From: an uncultured Verrucomicrobiae bacterium
GTDB lineage: Bacteria; Verrucomicrobiota; Verrucomicrobiia; Chthoniobacterales; UBA10450
Length of the DNA: 64,000 nt
Reading direction: 5' to 3'
Assembly: GCA_963801815.1 (NCBI GenBank)
Contig: CAWDGJ010000007.1
Coordinates: forward strand, 192,001 to 256,000
Part shown: piece by piece, positions 28,232 to 38,378 of the stretch
Position numbering within the stretch: the first letter of the stretch is position 1
How the letters are laid out: every line of letters begins with the position of its first letter
The notes under the pieces: model-generated
Told to the model about the DNA's origin: nothing
Database searches by the model: none
Seen by the model: the letters and a program-made list of their open reading frames with translations, nothing else
Made by a program: the position numbers and the translations under genes

Positions 28232-28307
28232 TGGCGACCCTAACGGGATTCGAACCCGTGTTACCGCCGTGAAAGGGCGATGTCCTAGGCCTCTAGACGA
28301 TAGGGTC
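28232..28307 (-). tRNA. tRNA-Glu(TTC)
   Basis: GACCCTA acceptor stem, anticodon loop CTTTCAC, GGTTCGAATCC T loop and encoded CCA; 76 nt. Confidence 0.97.
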
Positions 28308-28361
28308 AACGAAGTCGCCCAATATTCCATTCGTTCGCGACAAGGCAACCTGCTGCGTTTT

Positions 28362-29651
28362 TCAGGCGGCCGTCGCAAGATCGAGAATCAACTTTGCCGT
28401 GCGCGCGGTAGCGCCACGGTGGGCTTCCAGCACCTGACCCGCGTTCGCTACCATCCTTTCGCGTTCCTCGGGATTGGCCAACAGGTGGGTCATTGCCCGC
28501 TTCAATTCGGTTGTCGAACTAATTTCAACGGCTCCTCCGTTCGCAATGAGTGAACTCGCCAATGCGGAAAAATTTTCCATGTGCGGACCAAACAAAACCG
28601 GTTTGCCTGCGAGGATGGCTTCCGCCGGATTCTGCCCCCCTCGGGCCAGCAAACTCTTGCCAACGAACACCAGCGTGGCTGCGGGATACCAGTGCGGCAA
28701 CTCACCTGTGGTATCGATCAATAAACAATTGAGAAACGGATCAACCGCCGCTGACTGACTGCGCAACGCAACTTGGAACCCCATTTCTTTGAGCTCGCGT
28801 GCAACCTCGGCCGTGCGCTCGGTATGACGCGGCGCCAAAACCAGCAGAAGTTCCACGAAGTCCCGGCGCAGGGCGCGGAACACTTCACCCAGAACTTTCT
28901 CCTCGCCCGGATGGGTGCTTCCTCCGAAGATCACCGTGCGATTTTCAACTCCAAAGCCGGTGAGAACCGTGCGCGCCAGTTTTGGATCGATCCGCATGTC
29001 TTCCGGATCGTACTTAATGCTGCCACAGTGGCGGATTCTGGATGCATTAACCCCGAGCCTTTTCCATTTCTCCACGTCTTCGGCGTTTTGAACGCAAACC
29101 AGGTCGAGAAGCCGAAAGGTTGGCGCGACAAACCGGCGAAACATTTGAAAACGTTTCTCTGATCGCGGCGACAGACGGGCATTGACGAGCGCGATCGGAA
29201 TTTTCCGCGCGTTCGCTTCGGCAACCATGTTTGGCCACACTTCCGCTTCCACCAGGATAATCTTGCTCGGGTTAATCGCCGCAAACGCGCGCCGCATGAT
29301 CGGCCAAAAATCGAGCGGACTGTACATCACTTCGATCCAGTCGAGTGCATTGCGATTTGCGAACGCGAACCCAGTGGTGGTCGTCGTGGTGAGGACGAAA
29401 TGCTGATCCGCTTGCAATGCCCGAATCTGTCTCGCCAGCTTCAGCGCAATCATCACTTCGCCGACACTGACCGCGTGTAACCAGATCGGGTTTTTCCAGT
29501 ACAACAACGCACGCGAGCGGGGATCGTAAATTCCGAGGCGCTCACCAAACTTCTCGCGGTAGCCACCGCGCCGAAACATTTTGACAAGATACCCCGGGAG
29601 AAAAAGCAACAGCCCGAACGGCCAAAGCAGATTGTAGATAAAGCGGATCAT
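28362..29651 (-). CDS. waaA: 3-deoxy-D-manno-octulosonic acid (Kdo) transferase
   Basis: IWLHAVSVGEV, EAEVWPN, NARLS, GSTHPGEE, APRH.ER, DTTGEL and GGQNPAE..GPHMENF. Confidence 0.95.
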   Translation of the reverse strand: MIRFIYNLLWPFGLLLFLPGYLVKMFRRGGYREKFGERLGIYDPRSRALLYWKNPIWLHAVSVGEVMIALKLARQIRALQADQHFVLTTTTTTGFAFANRNALDWIEVMYSPLDFWPIMRRAFAAINPSKIILVEAEVWPNMVAEANARKIPIALVNARLSPRSEKRFQMFRRFVAPTFRLLDLVCVQNAEDVEKWKRLGVNASRIRHCGSIKYDPEDMRIDPKLARTVLTGFGVENRTVIFGGSTHPGEEKVLGEVFRALRRDFVELLLVLAPRHTERTAEVARELKEMGFQVALRSQSAAVDPFLNCLLIDTTGELPHWYPAATLVFVGKSLLARGGQNPAEAILAGKPVLFGPHMENFSALASSLIANGGAVEISSTTELKRAMTHLLANPEERERMVANAGQVLEAHRGATARTAKLILDLATAA

Positions 29652-30244
29652 TCGATTGCGGATACCGAGTCCGAGCCGGACTGGCATTCTCGGATGCCGG
29701 ATAGAAAGAGCACTTCAGTTGCTCCGTATGCTTTCTGACGCAACAATTTCCAAAATTTCGTTTCCGGGATCTTTTCACCCGGACATTTTTCTAAAACGAA
29801 GAGCCCGTCTCGTTCCAGCAATTGCGGGAGGGCCGGATCGCTTAAGAGTTTGTCAGTGAAAGATTCGCCCGATTTCATTTTCTGGTAAGGCGGATCGGCA
29901 AAAATGACCCGGAATGTCTCGCCAGATGTCGAAGCGGTTTTCAGAAAACGAAAAACATCCGCGTTTCGAATACGTCCTGAAAGTCTCGTCTTTGTCAGAT
30001 TTTTTTCGATCGCGGCGATCGATTGTCGATCTTCTTCAACAAAAAGTGCGGACCCTGCGCCGCGACTCAGGGCTTCGATTCCCAGTGCGCCGGTCCCGGC
30101 AAATAAATCCAGGACATCAGCGTCTATGACTATCTCGCCGAGACTCGAAAAGATTGCTGCTTTCACCCGATCCATTGTTGGTCGAACGCCGCTTTTTGGT
30201 GCAACAAGCCGAACGCCGCCGGCGCGACCGGCGATTACTCTCAT
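29648..30244 (-). CDS. rsmD: 16S rRNA m2G966 methyltransferase
   Basis: MRVIAG..GG, RPTMDRVK, LDLFAGTGALGIEALSRGA and DPPY. Confidence 0.95.
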   Translation of the reverse strand: MRVIAGRAGGVRLVAPKSGVRPTMDRVKAAIFSSLGEIVIDADVLDLFAGTGALGIEALSRGAGSALFVEEDRQSIAAIEKNLTKTRLSGRIRNADVFRFLKTASTSGETFRVIFADPPYQKMKSGESFTDKLLSDPALPQLLERDGLFVLEKCPGEKIPETKFWKLLRQKAYGATEVLFLSGIRECQSGSDSVSAIE

Positions 30245-31791
30245 GGCGATCCGCTCGGACTCGGCGCAACCGGTGTTGCTGTTTCAGCGGGGCTTATTCC
30301 GCCCGGCGACTCTTCTTCGCTTGCCTGCGCCGCCTTTTTCTTTTTCGGCTTGTCGCCTTTGCCGCCGCCAAAAAAACTATTCACCAGATCTTTCAAATCA
30401 CGCCCGACGACTTTTTCGAGCAGATTTGTTTTTGGTTTTTCCAGAGTTCCAGCGACTTCGAAATCGACTGCGGAATAGCCCGGCTCGTCCGTGGGTTTAA
30501 AATTCGTCCGGACCGGCTTGAAAAGCTGGGACTTCACCTTGTCGTTGATCGCGAGCTGCGAATTTAAATGAAGCTTTCCTCGAAAGCTCACTGTCCCAGT
30601 CGCCGAAAGCCGAATGTTCGCCGAGCGCAAAACCAATTCGTCGATCATCACGGTACCTGGGGCGAGGTGAAACTTTGCCGTGGCCTGCTCAAGGTGGAGC
30701 TGCGTTAATTCTTCAATTTGAAAAATCTGACCGAGCGCGACCAACAAGCTGTATTGGCGAAGCTGGCCGTCGTGCAAAACGATTTCCCCGGTTCCATTTA
30801 ATGCGTCCGAGTCCGTCGTTTTCCCGTCCACTTGCAGACTTCCCTCAAGTTTTCCCTGGAGAACGCCACCTGGCCCTCCCGCCTCGGTAATGACTTGATC
30901 GGCTTGCACATTGCGAAATTTCATCTCGACATGAAACGGCGATTCCTCGGTCTCGGGCTGAATCGTGAAATGACCGGAAATATCCCCCCCGCCAACGTGC
31001 GCCCAGATCTGCGGGAGGTTGAGACCATTGTCATCGTAGCGAACGGGCGACTTCAATTCTTGGAGGAAGAGCCGATCACGGAGGGAGACTTTTTCTACCC
31101 TTACATTTCCGTGCAGAGCAGACGCGCTGGCCAGGCTCGCGCGAAACCAGACCCCTTCGAAATTTGCGACAAGCTGGCTGGAGCGATCGAGAAACCGAAA
31201 ATTCCCGTCGATTAGACTGATCTTGTGAATCTCCGACGCGAATTCAGCAGCGGATTTTATTTCCTTTTCGGTGCGAATTGCCGGTGGGGTTATCGCCACC
31301 GTGGGCGAGGCCGACGCAAGCGGTGAGGCGCTCTCCTCTTTATTTGAGGGAGTTTCGGCGGCCGGCGCTTCCGGCGGCTTTTTTTCAACGTGGCGTTGGG
31401 TACGCAGCTCCGGCAATCGCCATTTACCGGAGGCGTTTTGCGGCCAAACAACGTTCGGCCTGGTCAGTGAAACTTCTTTGAATACGAGACGCTTCGAGAA
31501 AAGAGAAAAGAATGCGATTCGAAGTCCGAAATTTTCCGCCTCCAGAAAATTGCCACCACTTCCGGCCGGCCCCTGCGCAATCGTAATGCCGCTGAGTTTA
31601 ACGCCACTCCACGGCGTAACACTGATCCGCCCAACATTTAGGTTCGCTCTGAAACGCTGGCGAAGTTCACGCTGGATTCGGGCTTGTGTCCCTTGCGATT
31701 GCACATACAAATTGACGCCGAGAAGAACGACTGCGCCGAGGATCAACAATCCCCCAACTAAAATCAGGATCAGACGGCCCAGTTTTTGCAC
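30241..31791 (-). CDS. AsmA-like protein
   Basis: N-terminal TM, beta-rich body and a C-terminal AsmA-like segment (LSATGTV...GTLEKPK). Confidence 0.7.
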   Translation of the reverse strand: MQKLGRLILILVGGLLILGAVVLLGVNLYVQSQGTQARIQRELRQRFRANLNVGRISVTPWSGVKLSGITIAQGPAGSGGNFLEAENFGLRIAFFSLFSKRLVFKEVSLTRPNVVWPQNASGKWRLPELRTQRHVEKKPPEAPAAETPSNKEESASPLASASPTVAITPPAIRTEKEIKSAAEFASEIHKISLIDGNFRFLDRSSQLVANFEGVWFRASLASASALHGNVRVEKVSLRDRLFLQELKSPVRYDDNGLNLPQIWAHVGGGDISGHFTIQPETEESPFHVEMKFRNVQADQVITEAGGPGGVLQGKLEGSLQVDGKTTDSDALNGTGEIVLHDGQLRQYSLLVALGQIFQIEELTQLHLEQATAKFHLAPGTVMIDELVLRSANIRLSATGTVSFRGKLHLNSQLAINDKVKSQLFKPVRTNFKPTDEPGYSAVDFEVAGTLEKPKTNLLEKVVGRDLKDLVNSFFGGGKGDKPKKKKAAQASEEESPGGISPAETATPVAPSPSGSP

Positions 31792-31846
31792 CGGAAGACG
31801 TTACGCAAGCCATGTTTGAAGAAAAGATGAAAGCAGAACCGCTAAA

Positions 31847-32710
31847 GTGAGCAGTACGCTAATCATCCTGAATCCCGCGGCCCACTCCGAGCGCGCCCAG
31901 CGCAAGCAGGCACGGGTCGAGTCGCTGGCGCGAGATTCCGTCGTCTGCGTCACAACCTATACCGGCGAAGCCGAAGCCATGGCCCGACGCGGTGTGGAGG
32001 AAGGTTTCGAGAAAATTGTGGCTGCGGGTGGCGACGGCACGATCAACGAAGTGGTCAATGGACTCGCCGGCACTGGCACAACTCTCGGTCTTCTGCCCAT
32101 CGGCACGATGAATGTTTTCGCAACCGAACTGGGGTTGCCAGTCAACGATCTCGACCGTTGTTGGAGCATTGTGCAAGGCGAGAAAACACGCGCGGTGGAC
32201 CTGGCGAAGGCGAACCAGAAGTTTTTTGTTCAACTGGCCGGGGTCGGACTTGATGCTCAAGTGGTCAAGGAAACCAGCACGCAATTGAAACGAAACTTCG
32301 GGCCACTGAGTTATCTGATTTCGGCGGCCCAAATCGCGGCACGTCAGCCACCCAAATTATTTATTGAATCGGAGGACGCGTCGATTGACGAAGGTTCGTT
32401 CGTCTTGGTTGGCAACGGCCGCTTGTATGGCGGTCCGTTTCCATTCTTCAAACACGCTGCGCTAGACGATGGCCTCCTGGATGTGATCGTCTTTAAGCGC
32501 CTTGGCTATCTGGAAATCATCAAGTATCTCCAGGACGTTGTGTTTAGTTCCGAAATCCGCGTCCCGGAAATTGAATATTTTCAGACACGCCAGCTCCTAG
32601 TGAGAAGCGATCAAGCGGTGCCAGTGGAAGTCGATGGCGAGCTGGTTGGCAATTGCCCGGTGGAATTTCGTCTCCAGGAACGCTCGCTCCGGGTCCTGGT
32701 TCCGCGATAG
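31847..32710 (+). CDS. diacylglycerol/sphingosine-kinase-family lipid kinase (YegS/Rv2252/BmrU)
   Basis: ILNPAA, AAGGDGTINEVVNG, LPIGTMNVFA, GVGLDA, DDGLLD and VDGE. Confidence 0.93.
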   Translation: MSSTLIILNPAAHSERAQRKQARVESLARDSVVCVTTYTGEAEAMARRGVEEGFEKIVAAGGDGTINEVVNGLAGTGTTLGLLPIGTMNVFATELGLPVNDLDRCWSIVQGEKTRAVDLAKANQKFFVQLAGVGLDAQVVKETSTQLKRNFGPLSYLISAAQIAARQPPKLFIESEDASIDEGSFVLVGNGRLYGGPFPFFKHAALDDGLLDVIVFKRLGYLEIIKYLQDVVFSSEIRVPEIEYFQTRQLLVRSDQAVPVEVDGELVGNCPVEFRLQERSLRVLVPR

Positions 32711-33605
32711 GATCGACACTCCGGGTGACGCCGGGTTCGTGAAATCTGCTGACAACAAAATCGCGTTGCGATACTCTCGTCTCGTGAGGTTGTCACGGGG
32801 AAAACAATCGGCCTTGGGGCGGCCGTGGACAAGAAGCCGGGACGTCGTCCTGCTTGCCCTGATCTGGGTAAATGTTGCCGCCTTCGTTGTTCAGCTGTTT
32901 CTCGAGGCAACAGCGCCGGGATTCATTCGGGATTATCTGACATTGAGCAATCGCGGGATGCGAGACGCTTATTCATGGCAGTTTATCACGGCAATGCTCC
33001 TTTACGGCAATCCCTGGCACTTCTTCGGAAACGTCATCGTCCTTTACATTCTGGGTCGCGACATCGAATCGATCCTCGGACAACGGCACTTTTTCTATTT
33101 GTTTTTGAGTGGCGCGATCGGAGGCGAACTCGGGCATCTCTTTTTGATGCCGTCCGAAACCGCTCTCTACGCCGCGACCGGCGGAGTCGCTGCGGTGTTG
33201 ATCGCTTATGCCACAATCCTGCCTGAACTGGATCTGTTTGCCTGGCGTTCCAGATTTTTCTCGCTCCACCTAAACGCCACACATCTTGTTTACGCAGTGA
33301 CTTTCGTCAGTCTCGTGATGTTAATGGTGGATCGACACGGAGCCGTTATTCACAGTGCCATTCCCGGAGGTCTGGCGGCCGGCTGGCTTTACGCCAATTT
33401 GCTTGGTTTCGGACATCCGTCGTGGCTTCAGCGAAGATTGCGGAAACGCCGGGCAGCTGCCGAACGGTTGGAACGCCTGACGGGAGCTGAGTTCATCGAA
33501 CAGGCAGTCGACCCGCTGCTGGAAAAAATTTCGCGCCGCGGAATCCAAAGTTTAACCCGGGCTGAACGTCGAGTTCTGGCCCGGGCGCACGAAAAAGTCG
33601 GCTAA
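32634..33605 (+). CDS. rhomboid-family intramembrane protein, catalytic residues apparently absent; true start likely downstream
   Basis: WQFITAM and WHFFGN..LY..G..IE. AATGG replaces GASG, AIPGG replaces AHLGG, and there is a C-terminal VDPLLEKISRRGIQSLT domain. Confidence 0.8.
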   Translation: MASWLAIARWNFVSRNARSGSWFRDRIDTPGDAGFVKSADNKIALRYSRLVRLSRGKQSALGRPWTRSRDVVLLALIWVNVAAFVVQLFLEATAPGFIRDYLTLSNRGMRDAYSWQFITAMLLYGNPWHFFGNVIVLYILGRDIESILGQRHFFYLFLSGAIGGELGHLFLMPSETALYAATGGVAAVLIAYATILPELDLFAWRSRFFSLHLNATHLVYAVTFVSLVMLMVDRHGAVIHSAIPGGLAAGWLYANLLGFGHPSWLQRRLRKRRAAAERLERLTGAEFIEQAVDPLLEKISRRGIQSLTRAERRVLARAHEKVG

Positions 33606-33693
33606 CGTTCGAGAACTCTGGAATTTCGACGGCGAACGGAGCCGTCCATGACCGAATTAGAAATTGTTGCGGTTTCGCGGCATCTTGCGCGCA

Positions 33694-36420
33694 ATGGACG
33701 AGGCGAGCTGGATAAAAACCAAAGCAAGTGCCTCGCTCTATCCGGCGCAGGTTGAAACTACACTAATCCAATTAACCGAACGCTGGCCCGCCAGTGGCGT
33801 TTCGTTGCGAGAATTCATCGAGAATTTCCCGCTCGGTGAAGAGGCGCTGCTGCATCTCGTTGCGCTCTCAACCATCTGTGGGACGCGAATTATTCGAACG
33901 CCGGAGCTTCTGCTTTGGCTGGCCCAGCCTGAAGTCTGCACGCGCGGCCGCAGCCGTGCCGAGATGACGGCAAAGCTCGACCAGTTAATCGATGAAAATA
34001 TTGCGGCCAACAACTTTCGTGCGCTGCGGCGCTGGAAAGGCCAGGAGATGACGCGAATCGCGCTCCGCGAACTCGCAAACGCAGCAGCGCTCGAAGAAAC
34101 AACTGCCGAACTCTCCCAAGTCGCAGAAATTTGCATTCGCGAAGTTTTCTCTCATTGGAACTCGAATCTGCGCGAAACGTTTGGCTCGCCCGCAGCCGAG
34201 TTCACAATTCTTGCTCTCGGAAAACTCGGTGGCCGCGAGCTCAATCATAGTTCTGATGTCGATCTGATTTTTCTCTACACGGAGGAGGGCGAGGTCTCAT
34301 CGCGACTCTCGAACCATCAGTGGTTTAACCGGTTGGCCGAGAAAATTCTCGAGACATTTTCTGCGCCCGATCCTGAAGGCGCGCTTTTTCGGGTAGACCT
34401 TCGATTGCGGCCGGAAGGATCGGCCGGCCCGTTGGCCCGATCACTCGAGAGCATGGAAAATTACTACGCCGGGTTCGGGGAAACGTGGGAGCGCATCGCC
34501 CTGATCAAAGCCCGTGGTATCGCCGGCGATCGTGAACTCGCCTACGAATTCCTGCGCCAACATCAGCCGTTCATTTATCCGCGAAGCCCGACCCCAGATT
34601 TGCTCGACGAAATCGCGAAAATCAAACGCCGCATCGAGCATGATGTCGCGGGCAACCTGGAACGCGATGTTAAACTCGGGCGAGGCGGCATTCGCGAAAT
34701 TGAATTCGTGGTGCAAACCCTTCAGTTCATCCATGGGGGTCGCCATGCTTTTCTCCAGGAAACGAACACCCTGAACGCGCTACGTTCGCTCGCGCACCTG
34801 GAGCTGATTCCGCACTCGGAAGTTATCGATCTGGACCAAGCCTACCGTTTTCTCAGACGGGTCGAGCATCGGTTGCAAATCGAAGCCGAGCAACAAACTC
34901 ATACCATTCCGAAAGATGCGGCCGCGCTGGAGCGGCTTGCCCGAAGCCTGGACTTCGAATCCAGCAAGAAATTCAACACCGAGTTGGCGAGGACTATGCA
35001 GAGTGTGCGCTCGGTTTTCGATCGGGTCATAACAACGGCACCCAGCGACCTCGTCACGCCGAGTTTAACTGTTTTCAAAGACGAAAAGGCCGCCGCCAGA
35101 TCGCTGACTGATCTGTTGAAACCAACGTCCGCGTCCCATGTTGCGCTTCGAACCAAACAAGTCTTCGGAAGATTGCGCCCAAATCTTCTGCGGCAGATCG
35201 GGCAGACAGCCGATCCGGACACGACACTCAACCAGTTTGTGCGCTTCGTCGAAGCGTATGGCTTGCGCGGACTGCTTTTTGAATTGCTTGCGACAAATCC
35301 CACGCTGCTGGAACTGGTAATTGGAACACTCGATTCGAGTCGAGCCGCGGGTGATTTGCTGATTCGCAGACCACGACTGCTCGAGGAAATCACGCGCGAC
35401 AAGAGTTTTAATGAACCGCGGTCGATTTCAGAGCATTTCGCTCGACTCGAATCGTTCGGAGCGACTATAACAAATCTCGATCCAATTCGCGCTTATCGAC
35501 AGCGGCAAACGCTGCGAATCATCATGCGTGACGTTCTCAAGGTTGCGTCATCGCCGGTTGTTTTCGCCGAACTGTCGGATCTCGCCGAAGCGTGCTTGTT
35601 ATTTACCAATCAACTTCTCGGCGGAGCAGACCTGACCATCGTTGCACTCGGCAAATTTGGAGGGCGGGAACTGAGTTATGGCGCAGATCTCGATTTGCTA
35701 TTCGTCGGCGAGGACATACGGCTGGCGCAGAACCTTGTTACAGCCATGACGCAACCGACCAGCGAAGGGACGATCGGCTCGCTTGACGCGAGACTTCGAC
35801 CCGACGGCGAGAAAGGACCGCTCGTTGTGCCTTTGGCCGCTTACGAATCTTATTATCGAGACCGGGCACAGCTTTGGGAGATCCAGGCGCTCACTCGGGC
35901 CCGCCCCATCAGTGGACAACTTCAAACTGATTACATCGGGATTGTTCAGAAGATCTGGCGGCAGGTCGGAAAGACAGCCGATCTTTTCGAGACAATCGAC
36001 AACATGTTGGAACGAATCCGACGTGAACGAGGCAGCGGCTCGGACTTTCTCGATTTCAAAACCGGCAGCGGAGGAACGATGGAAGCCGAATTTTTCGTTC
36101 AAGCATTGCAAATGCGCTCCGGTACTTGGGAACCAAACTGGCGTCAAGCGTTGACGCGACTCCAAGACAACGGAGTGGTTTCCCGCACTGACGCTGAGCA
36201 GGCGAAGGTAAGTTATGAATTAGTTCGGCGCTGTGAAACCGCGCTTCGTCGATTCGAAACGAAGTCTGTCTCGAGCCTGCCTGCCGACTCCGACGAGCAG
36301 CAAAAGTTGGCAATGAGGCTCGGCTACGACAATGCGGACCAGTTCGCGAACGAATATCGTCACGCCCGGGAAACTATTCATACGCTCTACGAGCAATACG
36401 TTAAATCGCGGGTCGCCTAA
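33694..36420 (+). CDS. glnE: glutamine synthetase adenylyltransferase/adenylyl-removing enzyme
   Basis: Two nucleotidyltransferase domains (GKLGGRELNHSSDVDLIF, GKFGGRELSYGADLD), RVDLRLRPEG and VKLGRGGIREIEF. Confidence 0.95.
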   Translation: MDEASWIKTKASASLYPAQVETTLIQLTERWPASGVSLREFIENFPLGEEALLHLVALSTICGTRIIRTPELLLWLAQPEVCTRGRSRAEMTAKLDQLIDENIAANNFRALRRWKGQEMTRIALRELANAAALEETTAELSQVAEICIREVFSHWNSNLRETFGSPAAEFTILALGKLGGRELNHSSDVDLIFLYTEEGEVSSRLSNHQWFNRLAEKILETFSAPDPEGALFRVDLRLRPEGSAGPLARSLESMENYYAGFGETWERIALIKARGIAGDRELAYEFLRQHQPFIYPRSPTPDLLDEIAKIKRRIEHDVAGNLERDVKLGRGGIREIEFVVQTLQFIHGGRHAFLQETNTLNALRSLAHLELIPHSEVIDLDQAYRFLRRVEHRLQIEAEQQTHTIPKDAAALERLARSLDFESSKKFNTELARTMQSVRSVFDRVITTAPSDLVTPSLTVFKDEKAAARSLTDLLKPTSASHVALRTKQVFGRLRPNLLRQIGQTADPDTTLNQFVRFVEAYGLRGLLFELLATNPTLLELVIGTLDSSRAAGDLLIRRPRLLEEITRDKSFNEPRSISEHFARLESFGATITNLDPIRAYRQRQTLRIIMRDVLKVASSPVVFAELSDLAEACLLFTNQLLGGADLTIVALGKFGGRELSYGADLDLLFVGEDIRLAQNLVTAMTQPTSEGTIGSLDARLRPDGEKGPLVVPLAAYESYYRDRAQLWEIQALTRARPISGQLQTDYIGIVQKIWRQVGKTADLFETIDNMLERIRRERGSGSDFLDFKTGSGGTMEAEFFVQALQMRSGTWEPNWRQALTRLQDNGVVSRTDAEQAKVSYELVRRCETALRRFETKSVSSLPADSDEQQKLAMRLGYDNADQFANEYRHARETIHTLYEQYVKSRVA

Positions 36421-36941
36421 CCCCCGGCGATCAGTTTCGCGAGCTCGTGCAAGAACAGAAACGTCCCGAGAATTCCACCAAGAATCGCCAGAATCACCAG
36501 TGCGAGGATCACGCTGACGAAAATCTTGTCACCTTTCGTGGAGCGACCCGGAGTGTCGATATGTCCACGGATTAATTGGTAATTGCGGGTATTGGCCTGA
36601 AACCAAAACGCAAATCCGGAACCGATGATCGGGATCAGACCGACCAGCTCGTTGATCAGGACGTTGAGCGCCATGCGGCCGAGAACAATCTTCGGGACCT
36701 TTCGCCTAATGCCATAAACAATTACGGAGACCGACACCAACGCGACGGCGATATCACCAAAGCCCGGGACAAGATCGACGATCGGGTTCAAGCCGAGGCG
36801 CTTCTTCAATCCGGGGATCCGGATCAACCGGTCCATCACCAGGGAAACCAGGTTAAAGACCGATTCTATCGAATTGCGTGGCTTTCGGTCTTCTGGTGGA
36901 AGGACTTCCCACTCGACCTCGCGTGCTCGTTGAGGATTCAC
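36417..36941 (-). CDS. DUF4112-like membrane protein
   Basis: MD..IRIPG...LG..PI..LVPGFGD and RMALN...LIPIIG pattern. Confidence 0.8.
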   Translation of the reverse strand: MNPQRAREVEWEVLPPEDRKPRNSIESVFNLVSLVMDRLIRIPGLKKRLGLNPIVDLVPGFGDIAVALVSVSVIVYGIRRKVPKIVLGRMALNVLINELVGLIPIIGSGFAFWFQANTRNYQLIRGHIDTPGRSTKGDKIFVSVILALVILAILGGILGTFLFLHELAKLIAGG

Positions 36942-36960
36942 GGCAGCTGTGCCGTTCGGA

Positions 36961-38310
36961 TTAACCGGGGATCTCTTTCAGCATCTGCGTGTTGGTCGGG
37001 AATTTCTTCACGAACATCAGCAAACGTTGAATGGCTTCTTCCGGCTTGTGTCCGGCAAGTCCGCGACGGATCAAGTTAATCTTCTCCAGCTCCCACGCCT
37101 GCAAAAGTAATTCCTCTCGACGGGTGCCGGACAGAAAAATGTCGATCGCAGGGTAAATGCGTTGATCGCTGATTTTGCGGTCGAGCACCATTTCCATGTT
37201 ACCGGTGCCTTTGAATTCCTGGAAGATCAGCTCGTCCATGCGACTGCCGGTTTCGATTAAAGCCGTTGCGACAATCGTTAGCGAGCCAGCTTCTTCAGTA
37301 TTGCGCGCGGCCGCGAAAATTTTCCGTGGAATTTCCATCGCGCGTGCGTCGATACCGCCGCTCATGGTCCGTCCTCCGCCTGACATCGCATTGTTGAACG
37401 CGCGAGCAGTTCGCGTGATCGAGTCGAGCAAAATGAAAACATTCTGGCCGGCTTCGACTAAACGCTTGGCGCGCTCGATCGCGAGCTGGGCGATGCGAGT
37501 GTGGCTCTTGATGTCACTGTCGTTCGAGCTGGCGATGATCTCCGCTTTCGGATGGGAACGTTTAAAATCGGTGACTTCCTCCGGTCGCTCGTCAACCAGA
37601 AGGATAATCAGCTTCATGTCGGTATGATTTTTCGTGACTGCGTCAGCGATGTGATGAAGCAGCGTCGTTTTGCCAGTGCGCGGCGGCGCAACAATCAAAC
37701 CGCGCTGGCCCATTCCGAGCGGCGTCATTAAATCCATGATTCGCGTGGTGTAACGATCCGGAACCGTTTCGAGCTTGATGCGCTTGTTTGGATTGATCGT
37801 GGTCAATTCCTCGAATGGACGCAGGCCCTGATACTTGGCCGGATCTTCGCCATTGATGGTGAGGAGCTTAATTAACTGCGGGCCGCGGTTTCCACGGCGG
37901 GTTTCGCCATAAATCCACATTCCGTCGCGAAGGGCGAAGCGGCGCACGATTTCCGGCGTCACGAAAATGTCCTGCGGGGTCTGGATGAAATTACGTTTGG
38001 GGTCGCGGAGAAAACCAAAACCCTTGCCGGAAATCTCAATGATCCCCTCGCCGAATTCTGGCTCGCGTTCGACCTGCTCGCCTTCGGGCGCGCCTTCCAG
38101 GGTTTCAGTGGCGACTGGGTCGCCGGTGGCTCCGCCCGGCGCGTCGTTACGCGATTCGTTATAAGGCTCGTTGAAGTTGTCGTTGCGATCGCCGCGGTTG
38201 TAATAACGCCGGCGCCCGTAACGGCGGCGCCCACGAGGACGACGCTGCTCAGGCTGAGCGGCTGTCGATCCGGTTTCCAGCGGCGGCTGGTTTTCGTTCT
38301 CTTCGTTCAT
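36961..38310 (-). CDS. rho: transcription termination factor Rho
   Basis: GFGFLR, PLGMGQRGLIVAPPRTGKT, LVDERPEEVTD, LDSITR and FQEFKGTGNME. Confidence 0.97.
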   Translation of the reverse strand: MNEENENQPPLETGSTAAQPEQRRPRGRRRYGRRRYYNRGDRNDNFNEPYNESRNDAPGGATGDPVATETLEGAPEGEQVEREPEFGEGIIEISGKGFGFLRDPKRNFIQTPQDIFVTPEIVRRFALRDGMWIYGETRRGNRGPQLIKLLTINGEDPAKYQGLRPFEELTTINPNKRIKLETVPDRYTTRIMDLMTPLGMGQRGLIVAPPRTGKTTLLHHIADAVTKNHTDMKLIILLVDERPEEVTDFKRSHPKAEIIASSNDSDIKSHTRIAQLAIERAKRLVEAGQNVFILLDSITRTARAFNNAMSGGGRTMSGGIDARAMEIPRKIFAAARNTEEAGSLTIVATALIETGSRMDELIFQEFKGTGNMEMVLDRKISDQRIYPAIDIFLSGTRREELLLQAWELEKINLIRRGLAGHKPEEAIQRLLMFVKKFPTNTQMLKEIPG

Positions 38311-38378
38311 AAAATTGCGGAGGCTGATTGTTCGCCACGGCGAACGCACTGCCAGATTCAGCGGAGGAAATTACTTTT

